A DNA stretch of 64,000 bases, taken from NCBI GenBank assembly GCA_963791045.1, contig CAWBQK010000013.1, positions 96,001 to 160,000 of the forward strand. The letters are read 5' to 3'. Shown in pieces: positions 52,544 to 62,805 of the stretch. The notes beneath the pieces were generated by a model, which saw only the letters and a list, made by a program, of their open reading frames with translations, was not told the DNA's origin and did no database searches. Each line of letters opens with the position of its first letter. Position 1 is the stretch's first letter. Origin of the DNA: Candidatus Latescibacterota bacterium (lineage in GTDB: Bacteria > Krumholzibacteriota > Krumholzibacteriia > WVZY01). A program made the position numbers and the translations under genes.

Positions 52544-53032
52544 TCAGATGGCGGATATCCTGCGCTCGAATGTGGCGCGAACCATACCCAGATATTTGTT
52601 GCACCAGTTCGAGCGCGAGAGGAATGAAAGAACCGGAGGCCGTCTCACACCCATACGTGTGAGTTCGGCGGCGGCCATCGGATGGCCCTTGCACACCTTC
52701 CAGGCATCGACAAAGGCCTTGTAAGCAGACGCGTTATCGCCCTTGAGTTTATGGATCCGTCCGAGATTGATGTGAAGTTCGGGATCCATCGGCCGGGAAT
52801 TGCACGCATTGCGGCAGAATCGGAGCGCGCGGTCGAATTCACCCTCGGATTGGGCGAGACAATAGCCGAAATAGGACTTGTAATAGGGGTTGCCCGGGGC
52901 GATGCGGATCGCCTCGGAGAGGTGGACGAGGGCACCCCGGTGCTGATTTCTTTTGATTTTCTCAATCGCGAGGTTGAATAGCGACTGCGACTCAAGCGTG
53001 GTCCCGCGCTGTGGATCGGCAACCAATGGCAT
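52544..53032 (-). CDS. small TPR protein
   Basis: GGAGGAG RBS; SYFGYCLA, HINLGRI, MGVRRPPVLSFLSRSN. Confidence 0.78.
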   Translation of the reverse strand: MPLVADPQRGTTLESQSLFNLAIEKIKRNQHRGALVHLSEAIRIAPGNPYYKSYFGYCLAQSEGEFDRALRFCRNACNSRPMDPELHINLGRIHKLKGDNASAYKAFVDAWKVCKGHPMAAAELTRMGVRRPPVLSFLSRSNWCNKYLGMVRATFERRISAI

Positions 53033-53210
53033 ATTGAACTCCTCCAGATACTGTCCGCCGCCAGATTTCGTTGCAAGCCGGTTCAAATTCTTGCAACTTG
53101 CCCCTGAAATTCGACGAACCAAAGGGGATCAAAAGGTGCGGCAAGAAACATTCCACCGTGTCGAACCAGTGGCCGCCCGCACGGGTCGCACGAGACAAAG
53201 ACGGGGAACA

Positions 53211-53930
53211 CTAAACCGTTGAGTCCGGCGAGGCGGGGGAGACGGAGGAGGTCCGTGCGGCTATACGGGCGCGGATCATCTTTTCCTCGCTTATCGCTCC
53301 AAAGAAAATAAAAACGGCGATCACGGGCAGCATGGCCAATTCGGCATACACAAATCCGGCGAGAATAAAAAGAAGCGCAATAAGAAGCCCAACATCTTTG
53401 GCGATTCGGGTCGCCTTCAGGTACGGCAGCCACAGCGCCAGCAGCCCCCGGAGGATCCGGCCGCCATCCATCGGAAAGGCAGGCACAAGATTGAAGATGC
53501 CGAGCGCAAGATTTACGATCAGCAAGTTCGTGAAGAAATCGTCCTCGGCGAAAAGCGGCGCTCCCAAAATCCACATCACAAGAGCGATGATACCCGCAAT
53601 CGTGAAATTAACCAGTGGCCCTGAGATAGCCACGACTATCTCCTCGCGCGGACTCTCGGGAATTCTCTCCGCGCGCGCCATACCGCCGATCGGGAGCAGG
53701 ACGATGTCGCGGACGACCACGCCGTATCGGCGGGCCTGGAGACTGTGCCCCATCTCGTGAAGGACGACGCACACAAATATCACCAGGACAAAAAACATCC
53801 CCCAGGTGGCATCCCGCCAACCGCCATGCGCCCAACCCTCGATTCCGAACAAAAGGAGAATCAGCGGGAACGTAAAATGAACCCTGAGGGGGATACCGAA
53901 TAAGGTTGCGATTCTTAATGTAAATCTCAT
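53211..53930 (-). CDS. site-2 protease (M50 family)
   Basis: HEMGH, LLPIGG, GPLVN, FNLVPAFPMDGGR. Confidence 0.94.
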   Translation of the reverse strand: MRFTLRIATLFGIPLRVHFTFPLILLLFGIEGWAHGGWRDATWGMFFVLVIFVCVVLHEMGHSLQARRYGVVVRDIVLLPIGGMARAERIPESPREEIVVAISGPLVNFTIAGIIALVMWILGAPLFAEDDFFTNLLIVNLALGIFNLVPAFPMDGGRILRGLLALWLPYLKATRIAKDVGLLIALLFILAGFVYAELAMLPVIAVFIFFGAISEEKMIRARIAARTSSVSPASPDSTV

Positions 53931-54055
53931 AATGTGCGCTATCTATAACAGAAATAATCTACCGGGGCGCGGTTTTCTCGATTCGAGGGCTGTCACGGGT
54001 GGTTCGGGTTCCCCAAACTGCCCCGTTGTTTCCCATGGTTTCTCAAACATAACAA

Positions 54056-54084
54056 TTGATCCCCCCTCAACGGTATGCTAAAAT
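54056..54084 (+). promoter_or_regulatory. sigma70 promoter
   Basis: TTGATC-N17-TAAAAT with TG extension. Confidence 0.65.
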
Positions 54085-54166
54085 AGCGTACCACCAGTGT
54101 ATTTGGAAACAGCTTATAAAATGTGGAGTTGACCTATCGTCTTCAACTGATAAAGCACCATCCACC

Positions 54167-55944
54167 ATGTCAAAACTCATTGTATCCACGATCATAGCTA
54201 TTGTGTTGTGATTGCGCTCGCTGCACCGTCCGGCGCACTGGTAAAATACGATTTTGAACAGAAATTCTTCACCGAGTTCGGCTGGGAAGTGAAAGACCAC
54301 GCGCTGCTTCGTGTTGATGGTGTCTACCATCTCTTCTATCTTCGCGGGGTTGTCGGACAACCCGCTATTGATATCGGCCACGCGACGTCACCGGATCTGA
54401 TTCATTGGGACCGCCACGCCCCCGTTCTTTATACCGGGCCGGACGCCTGGGACGGGTACGCGATTTGGGCCCCTCAGATAATCCCCCTTCCCAACGGCAC
54501 ATACATAATGTATTTCACGGGAATTAGCCGGTACGGCACGCAGCAAACCGGGATCGCTTTGTCACAAGATCTTTGGAACTGGTCTAAACTGCCATGGCCG
54601 GTTTATCATCCCGATCCTTCCTGGGCGCTGTGGGAGGAAGGCACGTGGGCTCACGGTCGCGATCCGTTTGTGTTCGATTACGAAGGCCGTCACTATCAAC
54701 TCCTCACGGCGAAATCGAACACTAACCGCGGCGCGATCGCATGCGCGGTCTCGGACGATCACTATACGTGGGAAGACTTCGGCCCCCTGTACACGCATAC
54801 TAATTGGCATGTCATGGAATCGGTGCAATGCTTCGAACGAAACAACAAGTGGTATCTTTTCTATACGGAGGAAGCAGTAAACGGGACGTCGTGGATGAGC
54901 TCCGACTCGCTGTTCAGCGGTTGGGATGGATCGACGGCGACAGTCGTCGATTTTGGCCATGCCTCCGAAGTGAATGTTTTCGACGATGACCACTACATCT
55001 ATTCCCGGCATTCAATCCACCAGTATGGGGACGAGACATTCCAGCACGTGATTCGTGTCGACACGCTCCGCTGGTCGGGCGACACGCCCTACGTCTACAG
55101 ACCGTGGCCGCTTTTTGGAAATTGGAATCTTGTTTGGGGCAACGCCTTCTTGTACCAGCCAACCTTCCTCAACAACGTTGCCGTCCGCGAGCCGGGTGCT
55201 GAGGTCAACTTCGAGGGAATGTGCTGGTTGAGTTCATACGAACGCTACCAGGGGCCGCTCGGTATCGGCGCGTCCGGAGGGTACCAGGGAGAGAATCCGC
55301 GCGGTGCGATCAAATCGAACGATTTCACGATCACCGGCAATTCGATGAGCCTTCTCGTCGGCGGGGGAAACTTCCCGACTTCGTGTTATGTCGCTCTCGT
55401 GGACGCTCAGACATCCCAGGTTCTCTTCAGAGAAACCGGCAAGAACAGTGACGCGATGGACAGGCGTTATTGGGATCTCCGAGCACACAAAGGCAAGTCG
55501 GCTTACATTGAGATTTCCGACAATTCGGACGCGGTGTTCGGGCACATCAGTTGTGATGATATCGCGGAGTCCTTCAACGTTGTCGGAGGGGATTCAACCA
55601 CCGGCGGCACCACCTCGCGGGACAAGAAGGATCTCCACGCAACTGACAAACAGATAATTGAAACCGTGCCGGAGCTGTTGCAAAACACTCCCAACCCGTT
55701 CAACCCGGTCACGACAATCCCCTACTTCCTGCCGGCGGCGAGCAATGTGGTTCTCGATGTATTCGACGTAAATGGCCGGCGTGTGAAAAGACTGCGCGAT
55801 CAGACGGATGTCCAGGGAACGCATCTGGTCACATGGGACGGCACGAATTCGAACGGAGACACGCTGTCGTCGGGAATCTACTTCTACCGGCTGCAGGTAA
55901 ACGGCAAAACAATTGCGACAAACAAAATGATTCTCCTGAAATAG
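54167..55944 (+). CDS. secreted GH32/GH43-like beta-propeller protein with FlgD/T9SS-A-like C-terminal domain (N-terminal frameshift)
   Basis: ATG 54167 MSKLIVSTIIAIVL shifts frame at ~54208; KDH, YHLFY, GHATSPDLIHW, WAPQ, RDP, MES; C-terminal QNTPNPFNP..WDG..SGIYFYRL..KMILLK. Confidence 0.8.
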
Positions 55945-55966
55945 CCTGCGCGTCTGGATCAGACAC

Positions 55967-56010
55967 GAAACGGCCATCGTGACCATTCGGTAACGGTGGC
56001 CGTTTTCTTT
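55967..56010 (+). terminator. intrinsic terminator
   Basis: AAACGGCCATCGT..ACGGTGGCCGTTTT followed by CTTT. Confidence 0.7.
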
Positions 56011-56035
56011 ACCCCTCGCGATAGTCCGACCACGA

Positions 56036-56139
56036 CGGTGCGGTCTTTCGAAAGGCCCTCGCTCCGCATCGCTCGGCTATCCCCTTCGGGAGGACCGGCG
56101 TTCGCTCCCGCGAAAGGGCCTTTCGAAAGACCCGCACCG
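56036..56139. repeat. palindromic REP/MITE-like element, copy 2
   Basis: CGGTGCGGTCTTTCGAAAGGCCCT ... AGGGCCTTTCGAAAGACCCGCACCG; its reverse complement aligns with 9226..9326. Confidence 0.82.
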
Positions 56140-56988
56140 GACGAGAGAAACCGCGTCTATCATTGAGTTCCGGATATAGAGTTTCTTAAGGAGATAGTAG
56201 CCGGCGGTAACAAATAGCTCGTTCACGAAGGGGATTTTGCCGAGAATGGAGGCGTCGATGACGGGGATTCCGTAGCGCAGCGCGAACGAGGGCCGCGACA
56301 AATACATTCGAGAATGCTCGATTCGTAGACCCGCTTCTGCGACACATTTCTCGAATTTACTGAGGGTGAGCCTGATGTCGGACAGCCGCGCGACCTCTCG
56401 ACTGGCAGGATCGGTTCCCGCCGCCATCGAAAGAAACAGCCCTTTGGGAAGAAGTTGAATGAACGGCAGTTTATTATAGGGGACGAAAAGAAATTTCTTC
56501 CGCGGAAGAATCTGCTGATGTGCCCCAAATGGCGAGTAGTAGGGAGGAAATACAACAAAGACACGTCCGTCTTCGCTGAGTTTCTCGCGCACGATTGCCA
56601 GCGCCTCGACGGGGCGATCGAGATGTTCGATCACATCCCTGAACATCACGATATCAAACGGCGCGTGTTCGAAAAATGACGAATTCGCGTCGAAGATGTC
56701 ACCCGCGTAAACGTCGGCGGCGACATTTTCTCTCGAGTTAAAATCGCGCGCGACGGCCACCAGTCTCTCGTCGATGTCCATCATTACAACCCGGCAACCC
56801 TTATTGACGAAAGCGGCCCCGCATCCACCATTGCCGCAGCCCACCTCGAGGATCTTGCGGCCATCGAACTCCACGTTCCAGCCGGCGAGCGCCGGGATCA
56901 GATAATTATCGGCAAGTGTCGCCTGGTAACGCCTGTAGTGGGCCTCCCAGTCTTCGCTTGAAAAATCTCGCTTTACCGTTGTTCGCAT
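56077..56988 (-). CDS. class I SAM-dependent methyltransferase
   Basis: ILEVGCGNGG, MDID, FDIVMFRDVIEH, FPPYYSPFGAH. Confidence 0.88.
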   Translation of the reverse strand: MRTTVKRDFSSEDWEAHYRRYQATLADNYLIPALAGWNVEFDGRKILEVGCGNGGCGAAFVNKGCRVVMMDIDERLVAVARDFNSRENVAADVYAGDIFDANSSFFEHAPFDIVMFRDVIEHLDRPVEALAIVREKLSEDGRVFVVFPPYYSPFGAHQQILPRKKFLFVPYNKLPFIQLLPKGLFLSMAAGTDPASREVARLSDIRLTLSKFEKCVAEAGLRIEHSRMYLSRPSFALRYGIPVIDASILGKIPFVNELFVTAGYYLLKKLYIRNSMIDAVSLVRCGSFERPFRGSERRSSRRG

Positions 56989-57006
56989 AGGTATTAAATT
57001 GAATGC

Positions 57007-57669
57007 ATGAGACATACTTTGGTTTTTCTGGCACTGATCATAGCATTTGCCGCAACAAATGCAATCTCACAACCCCCACCCGAAGAAGAAAAAAAGGATC
57101 CCGACAAAGAGAGACTGGGCCTGCGCTTTGGCTACGCCAAAACCGAGTGTGGTCTCAACGAGTCGTTCGGTTCCGGAGTGAACCTTGCCGTGCACTGGAT
57201 CACGCGACTCAAGAAACCGTTGTTTGTGGATATCACATTCGGCGCGATCTACATGGGCAAGACCCATCGAACCGATATTACACGAATGGTTTTCGGCACC
57301 GATTTCGACAAGGTAACGATGCGGATCATGACCATCACGGCGGCGCCGCTGATCGAAATACCGTACGGCAGAACGAGCATTTACCTGTCGGGAGGCGGGG
57401 GGCTTTACGTGGCGAGCGTTATCCTCGATCAGGACATCCAGCAATTCGACCTGTCAAACAATCACTTCGGCGTCACCGCCAGCGCCGGTTTGTTCCGTCG
57501 GATCACCACCAACTGGGCCCTCGACGTTAATTTCCAAATCCACAAATTCTGGACGAACAGCGAGGACCACAGATCGAGAAATCCCGACTGGGTCTATATT
57601 TACTCCGAGGGCGACACCGACCCGTTTTTCTGGTTGGCAACCGCCGGCGTTACGCTCCGGCTCTTCTAA
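57007..57669 (+). CDS. outer-membrane beta-barrel protein
   Basis: Signal peptide, amphipathic strands, YLSGGGGLY, terminal AGVTLRLF. Confidence 0.8.
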   Translation: MRHTLVFLALIIAFAATNAISQPPPEEEKKDPDKERLGLRFGYAKTECGLNESFGSGVNLAVHWITRLKKPLFVDITFGAIYMGKTHRTDITRMVFGTDFDKVTMRIMTITAAPLIEIPYGRTSIYLSGGGGLYVASVILDQDIQQFDLSNNHFGVTASAGLFRRITTNWALDVNFQIHKFWTNSEDHRSRNPDWVYIYSEGDTDPFFWLATAGVTLRLF

Positions 57670-57705
57670 TCCTCGTTCTTGATTTCAAACCTTTGAAAGC
57701 AAAGC

Positions 57706-59751
57706 CTACTGACCTTCGGCTTCGATCGCGATCCGGAGCTTGTCGAGGGTTTCCGAGGCTCCCTTGTCCTCGGGCCGCATCTCGAGGTATGTGGACAGGC
57801 GGTCGGCCGCATCTTGCAGCCGTTTCGATTGGATGTAAACCATCGCAAGGTTTTTGTGGGAATTCGCGTAACCGGGATCCAACTCGATAGCCTTCTCAAG
57901 AACGGGGACGGCTTCTTCTGGTTTCCCGGACTCGGCAAGCGCCGCCCCAAGATTGTTGTACGCTTTTATATAGCGGTCGTTCATCTCAATTACTTTTTTG
58001 AAAGACTCGATCGCCTTTTCGGGCTCCCCCATCTCCATATAGGTAATTCCAAGATTATTGTATGCCTCGGTCTTCACCGGATCGAGCTTGATGGCAAGCT
58101 GATATTCCTCGATCGCCGGTTGGTACATTTTGACGCGGCGAAGCGCCTGCGCGAAATCATATCTGACGCTCGAGAGATCGGGAGATATCTTGAGCGCTTT
58201 GGAATAACTTTCTATCGCTTTGAAGTAATTTCCCATTTCCTTGTAAATTATTGCGCGGTGCACATACGCGTCGGAAACATTTGGATGAATCGCCACCGCC
58301 TTGTCAATTTCCTCTATCGCCGCAGCGAATTCGCCAACGGTGCTCAACCGCCGTCCTTCGTGTATGTGTTCCCTCCATATAACATCTTCATCGGGGAGGG
58401 CGAACAACGCCGGCCGGGTCCCGGCCATAATGAGCAGAAACAACCCGAGGGGAACGACGCCACGGCGGATGCCTTTCACGGCGGTCGGCAACACGACTAC
58501 AAGGCCATATGCGGCGAACAGGCAGAGAATCGGCACTATCTGGATCCGGTAGCGCGCGGTAACAAAAAAGAGGATGATCGAAAAAGCGTAAGACAAAATG
58601 AAACCGTAAAGCAGAAAGTGTTTCCTCCACGATCGCAGAAGGTAAATCATCCCAAGCAGCCCGAGACTCAGAATAGTCCAGAAGTTGATGAACAAAAGAC
58701 GCAGCGTGCCATATTTCTGCCGGGTTATATCGAAGCTCTCTATCTGAGGTATTTCGTAACCGTTGAAAAATAACGCCGTCTTTTTGAGCAAGAGAAGAAC
58801 TTCGCTGCCGGGATTGCTCTTGATGAAATTCCAGGACTGGCCGAACCAGTAATTTGAAATTTCTGACGCCTTCATATCGCGGCCAAATATCCGTTCGACG
58901 TGGCTCCGCGTCGCCGTGTCGGTTTCGAAGGTGATTCCCCGCGGGGGATAGAAATAACCCGTCGCCTCTTCACCGTTTCCTATGAAAAAGTTTACGCCGC
59001 CGTTCGATGTGATCAGGACAAAGTCATCCCCGGCGACCGCGTTGTGAATCGTCGCCGGCATGATCGCCAGCATTGCCGCGAAACACACAGCCAGCGCCTT
59101 GAGAAAACGCCGGTCTTCACGCGAGACAAAGAGAACCCAGACAAGCACAACGGGGAGATACACGAGGATATTTGCCCTCGCCAGCGCGGAGAGACCGATG
59201 AGAAATCCGGCAATCAAATATTTGGAATACCCCGTGTTGTCCTTCATCCTGTGAAGCACGTAAATTGCCGTCAGGTTGATGAGCGTGCCCATCCACATCA
59301 TTAACATCAGGCCTTCATAAAATGTAATCGCTCCGTAGAGCGCGAGCATGACAATCGCAACAAAGGCGATCGACGGACGAAAAATTTCCTTGCCGATCAA
59401 ATATGTGAGCATCAAAGCTATCGAACCCGCGAAAACCTGGAGGATTCGGATAATCATGAAATCACGGCCGAAAACCCCATAAACGGCGGCGAGCAGATAA
59501 GGGTACAGCGGCCCCATAAAGAAAGCGTCGTTCCGAACGATATTGCCGCCCAGGATATCGATCGCTTCCTTGTCGTAGTATTTGGTATCCATTATCGGCA
59601 CAAGGGTATGGAGGGCATCGGCGCTCTGGATCACGTAGATGAGCTTGAGAAGAAAGGACACGGCAACAAATACGATCAGCCACCGGGAGTTGGAAGTGAG
59701 CAGGCGATCGAACCGGTCGAGCCGGGAGAGCTGGGGAGAGTCGATATCCAT
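57706..59751 (-). CDS. GT-C membrane glycosyltransferase with TPRs, paralog 3
   Basis: PIMDTKYYD, FFMGPLYPY, SNGGVNFFIGN, TARYRI; canonical TPRs (AYNNLG twice). Confidence 0.82.
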   Translation of the reverse strand: MDIDSPQLSRLDRFDRLLTSNSRWLIVFVAVSFLLKLIYVIQSADALHTLVPIMDTKYYDKEAIDILGGNIVRNDAFFMGPLYPYLLAAVYGVFGRDFMIIRILQVFAGSIALMLTYLIGKEIFRPSIAFVAIVMLALYGAITFYEGLMLMMWMGTLINLTAIYVLHRMKDNTGYSKYLIAGFLIGLSALARANILVYLPVVLVWVLFVSREDRRFLKALAVCFAAMLAIMPATIHNAVAGDDFVLITSNGGVNFFIGNGEEATGYFYPPRGITFETDTATRSHVERIFGRDMKASEISNYWFGQSWNFIKSNPGSEVLLLLKKTALFFNGYEIPQIESFDITRQKYGTLRLLFINFWTILSLGLLGMIYLLRSWRKHFLLYGFILSYAFSIILFFVTARYRIQIVPILCLFAAYGLVVVLPTAVKGIRRGVVPLGLFLLIMAGTRPALFALPDEDVIWREHIHEGRRLSTVGEFAAAIEEIDKAVAIHPNVSDAYVHRAIIYKEMGNYFKAIESYSKALKISPDLSSVRYDFAQALRRVKMYQPAIEEYQLAIKLDPVKTEAYNNLGITYMEMGEPEKAIESFKKVIEMNDRYIKAYNNLGAALAESGKPEEAVPVLEKAIELDPGYANSHKNLAMVYIQSKRLQDAADRLSTYLEMRPEDKGASETLDKLRIAIEAEGQ

Positions 59752-59856
59752 GTCAGAAAAGTTAATTCAATATCGTCTCCCACCGCAAGGAATTCTCTTG
59801 ACGATTGCAGGGGCGTATCAATAGGCTCCTTCGATGAAAGGAGCAACCATAATATT

Positions 59857-60399
59857 ATGAGCTATCGCGATGAACTATTCGATTTGCTAATGAAGTACTC
59901 GTTCAAACGAGGTGATTTCACGCTATCCTCCGGCCAGAAGAGCAACTACTACATCGACGGAAAACACACGACCCTCGACTCGCGGGGGAGTTTCCTGGTC
60001 GCCAAGGTCTTTCTTGCCTTGATAGCGGACGATGTTCCCAACGCCATCGCCGGGCTCACGCTGGGGGCCGATCCAATCATCGGCTCGATGCTCACTCTCG
60101 CAGGCATGGAGGATCTGCCGCTCAAAGGGTTGATAGTCCGCAAGGAACCGAAGTCACACGGAACGCAGTCGCTCGTCGAAGGAACGGTGGGAGAAGGCGA
60201 CCGGGTGGTCATTATAGAGGATGTCCTGACGACTGGATCGTCATCCATAAAGGCCATCGACGCCGTCCGCGACCTGGGCTGCAGCGTCGACCGTGTTCTT
60301 GCTATCGTGGATCGGGAACAAGGCGCCAGGGAAAATCTCAGAGAAGCGGGCTGCCGGATGGAAGCAATTTTCTCGATTGAAGAGTTACTCCGGGCCTGA
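59857..60399 (+). CDS. pyrE: orotate phosphoribosyltransferase
   Basis: GDFTLSSGQKSNYYID, RKEPKSHG, PRPP motif IIEDVLTTGSS. Confidence 0.95.
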   Translation: MSYRDELFDLLMKYSFKRGDFTLSSGQKSNYYIDGKHTTLDSRGSFLVAKVFLALIADDVPNAIAGLTLGADPIIGSMLTLAGMEDLPLKGLIVRKEPKSHGTQSLVEGTVGEGDRVVIIEDVLTTGSSSIKAIDAVRDLGCSVDRVLAIVDREQGARENLREAGCRMEAIFSIEELLRA

Positions 60400-61575
60400 T
60401 TCGCGTCCGGTTGTTTCGAGCCGTTCGGCAAACCTGGCGTATACCTTGCCCAACACGAACCCCCCGGCCAACAGGGCATACACAGCGGCTGCGGCATATA
60501 ACACATGATTGAGCACGGGCACTCCGTGGAAAAGCCTGCCGCCCAACAACACGGCGCTCAGCAGAATCACGTTGAACAACACGGCGGCGAGATACTCGAG
60601 TTCCATGACCCGAATTGTTTCGACTATCCCTCGCGGATCGATCATTTCGATCAATCTCTTGTTGGATGACGCGATGATCGACAAGATTGCGGGCAAGAAA
60701 AGAAGCACCGAAGTAATACCCGCCACGGTTATCACCGGACTTTTCTCAATGGTTGCGACGATGTCCGACCCCACGCCCTTCCCCAGAACAATCAGAACCC
60801 CGGCGGCCGCGATGAACGGTAACAGCAGAACAGCGGTGTTGATAAGCGCGGCCGACATCGGTTTCAGCACACGGCCCGAAAAGTCTTTGGTGAGGGGATG
60901 CCACAGCGGGGGTTTGCGTTCGCCGTTTTGTGATGAGCGAACCGTCTCGATCGCCCAGAGAAACATCACAAGAACGGCCGGGATTAGCGACCACAGGGTG
61001 AACGAGAGCACCGCCAGGACCGCTGTTGGAACGGCGAAATAAACCGCACCCCGTGCAAACGGGTATGCGAATATTGCGACCGGTTCCTCCCACACGTGCG
61101 GCGGCTTGTCGAGGAACCTGAGCGTGCGCCATTCGGAGGCGCGGAGATTCCGTTTGGCTTCCTGGGCAACACGGGGATGATAGGGACTGATTTCGAGGGC
61201 ACGTTGGTAGTGCCCGTGCGCCGCATCCGTATCTCCCTTGGCAAGCGCGAGCTCTCCGGCGTTGAGCGCGAGGTCGATGTCATCGGGGGTCTCGCGCAGT
61301 TCGCCGACAACGGCCTCGTACCGATCGTTGATGGCCTCGAGTTGCGCCGCGTCCCCCGGAGATTCCGTCCCAACCGCCGGGTTGGTTTCAAAATACTCTC
61401 CGAGCGGAGTATCGATAAGTGCCTTCCAGCCATTGTCTTCCGGGATAAAGATGAGACTCCGGGGCGATATCCGCCTTGCCTGACACATGGCCACAAGATC
61501 GGCCCACTCCCAGGTTTCTTCCTTTAAAGCCCCTTCCTGGAGCACTGAATATTGCGTATTTTTCGTGCTTTGCAT
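60385..61575 (-). CDS. membrane protein: GYF_2-like N-terminus, TPR, multi-TM (DUF4013-like) region
   Basis: DLVAMCQARRISPRSLIFIPEDNGW; TPR HYQRALEISP; YPF followed by several TM segments. Confidence 0.68.
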   Translation of the reverse strand: MQSTKNTQYSVLQEGALKEETWEWADLVAMCQARRISPRSLIFIPEDNGWKALIDTPLGEYFETNPAVGTESPGDAAQLEAINDRYEAVVGELRETPDDIDLALNAGELALAKGDTDAAHGHYQRALEISPYHPRVAQEAKRNLRASEWRTLRFLDKPPHVWEEPVAIFAYPFARGAVYFAVPTAVLAVLSFTLWSLIPAVLVMFLWAIETVRSSQNGERKPPLWHPLTKDFSGRVLKPMSAALINTAVLLLPFIAAAGVLIVLGKGVGSDIVATIEKSPVITVAGITSVLLFLPAILSIIASSNKRLIEMIDPRGIVETIRVMELEYLAAVLFNVILLSAVLLGGRLFHGVPVLNHVLYAAAAVYALLAGGFVLGKVYARFAERLETTGRESGPE

Positions 61576-61622
61576 CGTTTTCCCGCGTGTTGATGTGTAA
61601 ATGGGACATCCACGCGAGAATA

Positions 61623-61638
61623 TGCACGCTCCGTGCCA
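61623..61638 (-). promoter_or_regulatory. sigma54 (-24/-12) promoter
   Basis: Minus strand TGGCACGGAGCGTGCA, 48 bp upstream of ATG 61575. Confidence 0.65.
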
Positions 61639-61677
61639 AAAAGTTCCCGATCGGGTTATGTAGCAAGGAGATACGGG

Positions 61678-62760
61678 CTACTGGCCGCCGGTCCAGAAGT
61701 CGCCGTCAGAGTCACCCAGGCAGACATGCCAGGGTTCGAGGGTGTGGAGCCAGTCCAAGGGAATGTGCCCGCGCCAGTTTGCGATCACCCAGGTGTGACC
61801 GCCTCTTCTTGGGAGGAATCCGAACCCTTTGAGGAGCTTCACAGCAGCGGGCTGTGTCGTCATAAAGGAGAGGGTCTCGACACCCGCTTCGACCGCCTCG
61901 ACGATCACGCGAGCCAGCATCCGTTCGAGCGTTTTCGTATCGCCCTTCTCGACGAGATAATCGACGATCACCGCACGGTTCTCGCCGGACCCTGAGTGCG
62001 GTAGCCTCCAAATGAGATAACCCTTCGAGTCCATCATGATTTTGCGGTAAGACACAACCGGGTGTTGGGTGTATTTCCAGTTCAAAAACTCCGCGTCGCG
62101 GAACGCTGCGATACCATAACCTCCAAGCATTTCAAGCCAGTCGGCATCATGCGCTGGGTCAAAGGCATCGACCTCTGGAATCAATTCAACTCCACCCGCA
62201 TTCTTGATAATGGACGTCGCCTTGCGGAGAGCGCGTGCCCTCGCCACACCAAGCGCCACACGAGTTGCCGCTCCCTTCACCGCCGTGAAGCCCTGCCGGT
62301 TCGCAAAACCCATTGTATCGAGGACAAGCGTTTGTGTGGTCGGCGGAATCATCTCGTCGAATCCTCCTCCGCGATGGATCTTGTGGCAAGGCACGTTCAT
62401 CCACATGCCGCCGGGAAGAAATTCGCCCCCATCCTGCGCCTTTGCAACAAGGAGCCCCGCCAGACCCTTGCCCCTGTAATCCGGATCAACGAGAAGATCG
62501 TGTGTAATTCGGACAGGCACCCGCTTGCCTTCGATGATGTAATCGGCGGGCATGTGCCCCATACTCCCAGCCACACGGTCGCCGTGGAGAACGATATGAC
62601 GCAAAGGGGCCCTGTCCCTCAACGGCAACGCATCGTTGAGCCAGGCAAGCGCCACCTTGCGCGTGGAGAATTTCTCAGTACCGAGGACCTTTTCGAGGAA
62701 CCGATACAGTTCGGGCTCATGTTTATCTCTGTCGTACGCGACAACCGGATATGTGTCCAT
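61678..62760 (-). CDS. GNAT-family acyltransferase
   Basis: DLLVDPDYRGKGLA acetyl-CoA-binding motif A; RDAEFLNWKY; GDSD C-terminus. Confidence 0.82.
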   Translation of the reverse strand: MDTYPVVAYDRDKHEPELYRFLEKVLGTEKFSTRKVALAWLNDALPLRDRAPLRHIVLHGDRVAGSMGHMPADYIIEGKRVPVRITHDLLVDPDYRGKGLAGLLVAKAQDGGEFLPGGMWMNVPCHKIHRGGGFDEMIPPTTQTLVLDTMGFANRQGFTAVKGAATRVALGVARARALRKATSIIKNAGGVELIPEVDAFDPAHDADWLEMLGGYGIAAFRDAEFLNWKYTQHPVVSYRKIMMDSKGYLIWRLPHSGSGENRAVIVDYLVEKGDTKTLERMLARVIVEAVEAGVETLSFMTTQPAAVKLLKGFGFLPRRGGHTWVIANWRGHIPLDWLHTLEPWHVCLGDSDGDFWTGGQ

Positions 62761-62805
62761 CGTTACAAGGCTCTCTTTCCGAAGTCGTCACTCCCCGCAG
62801 GGAGA

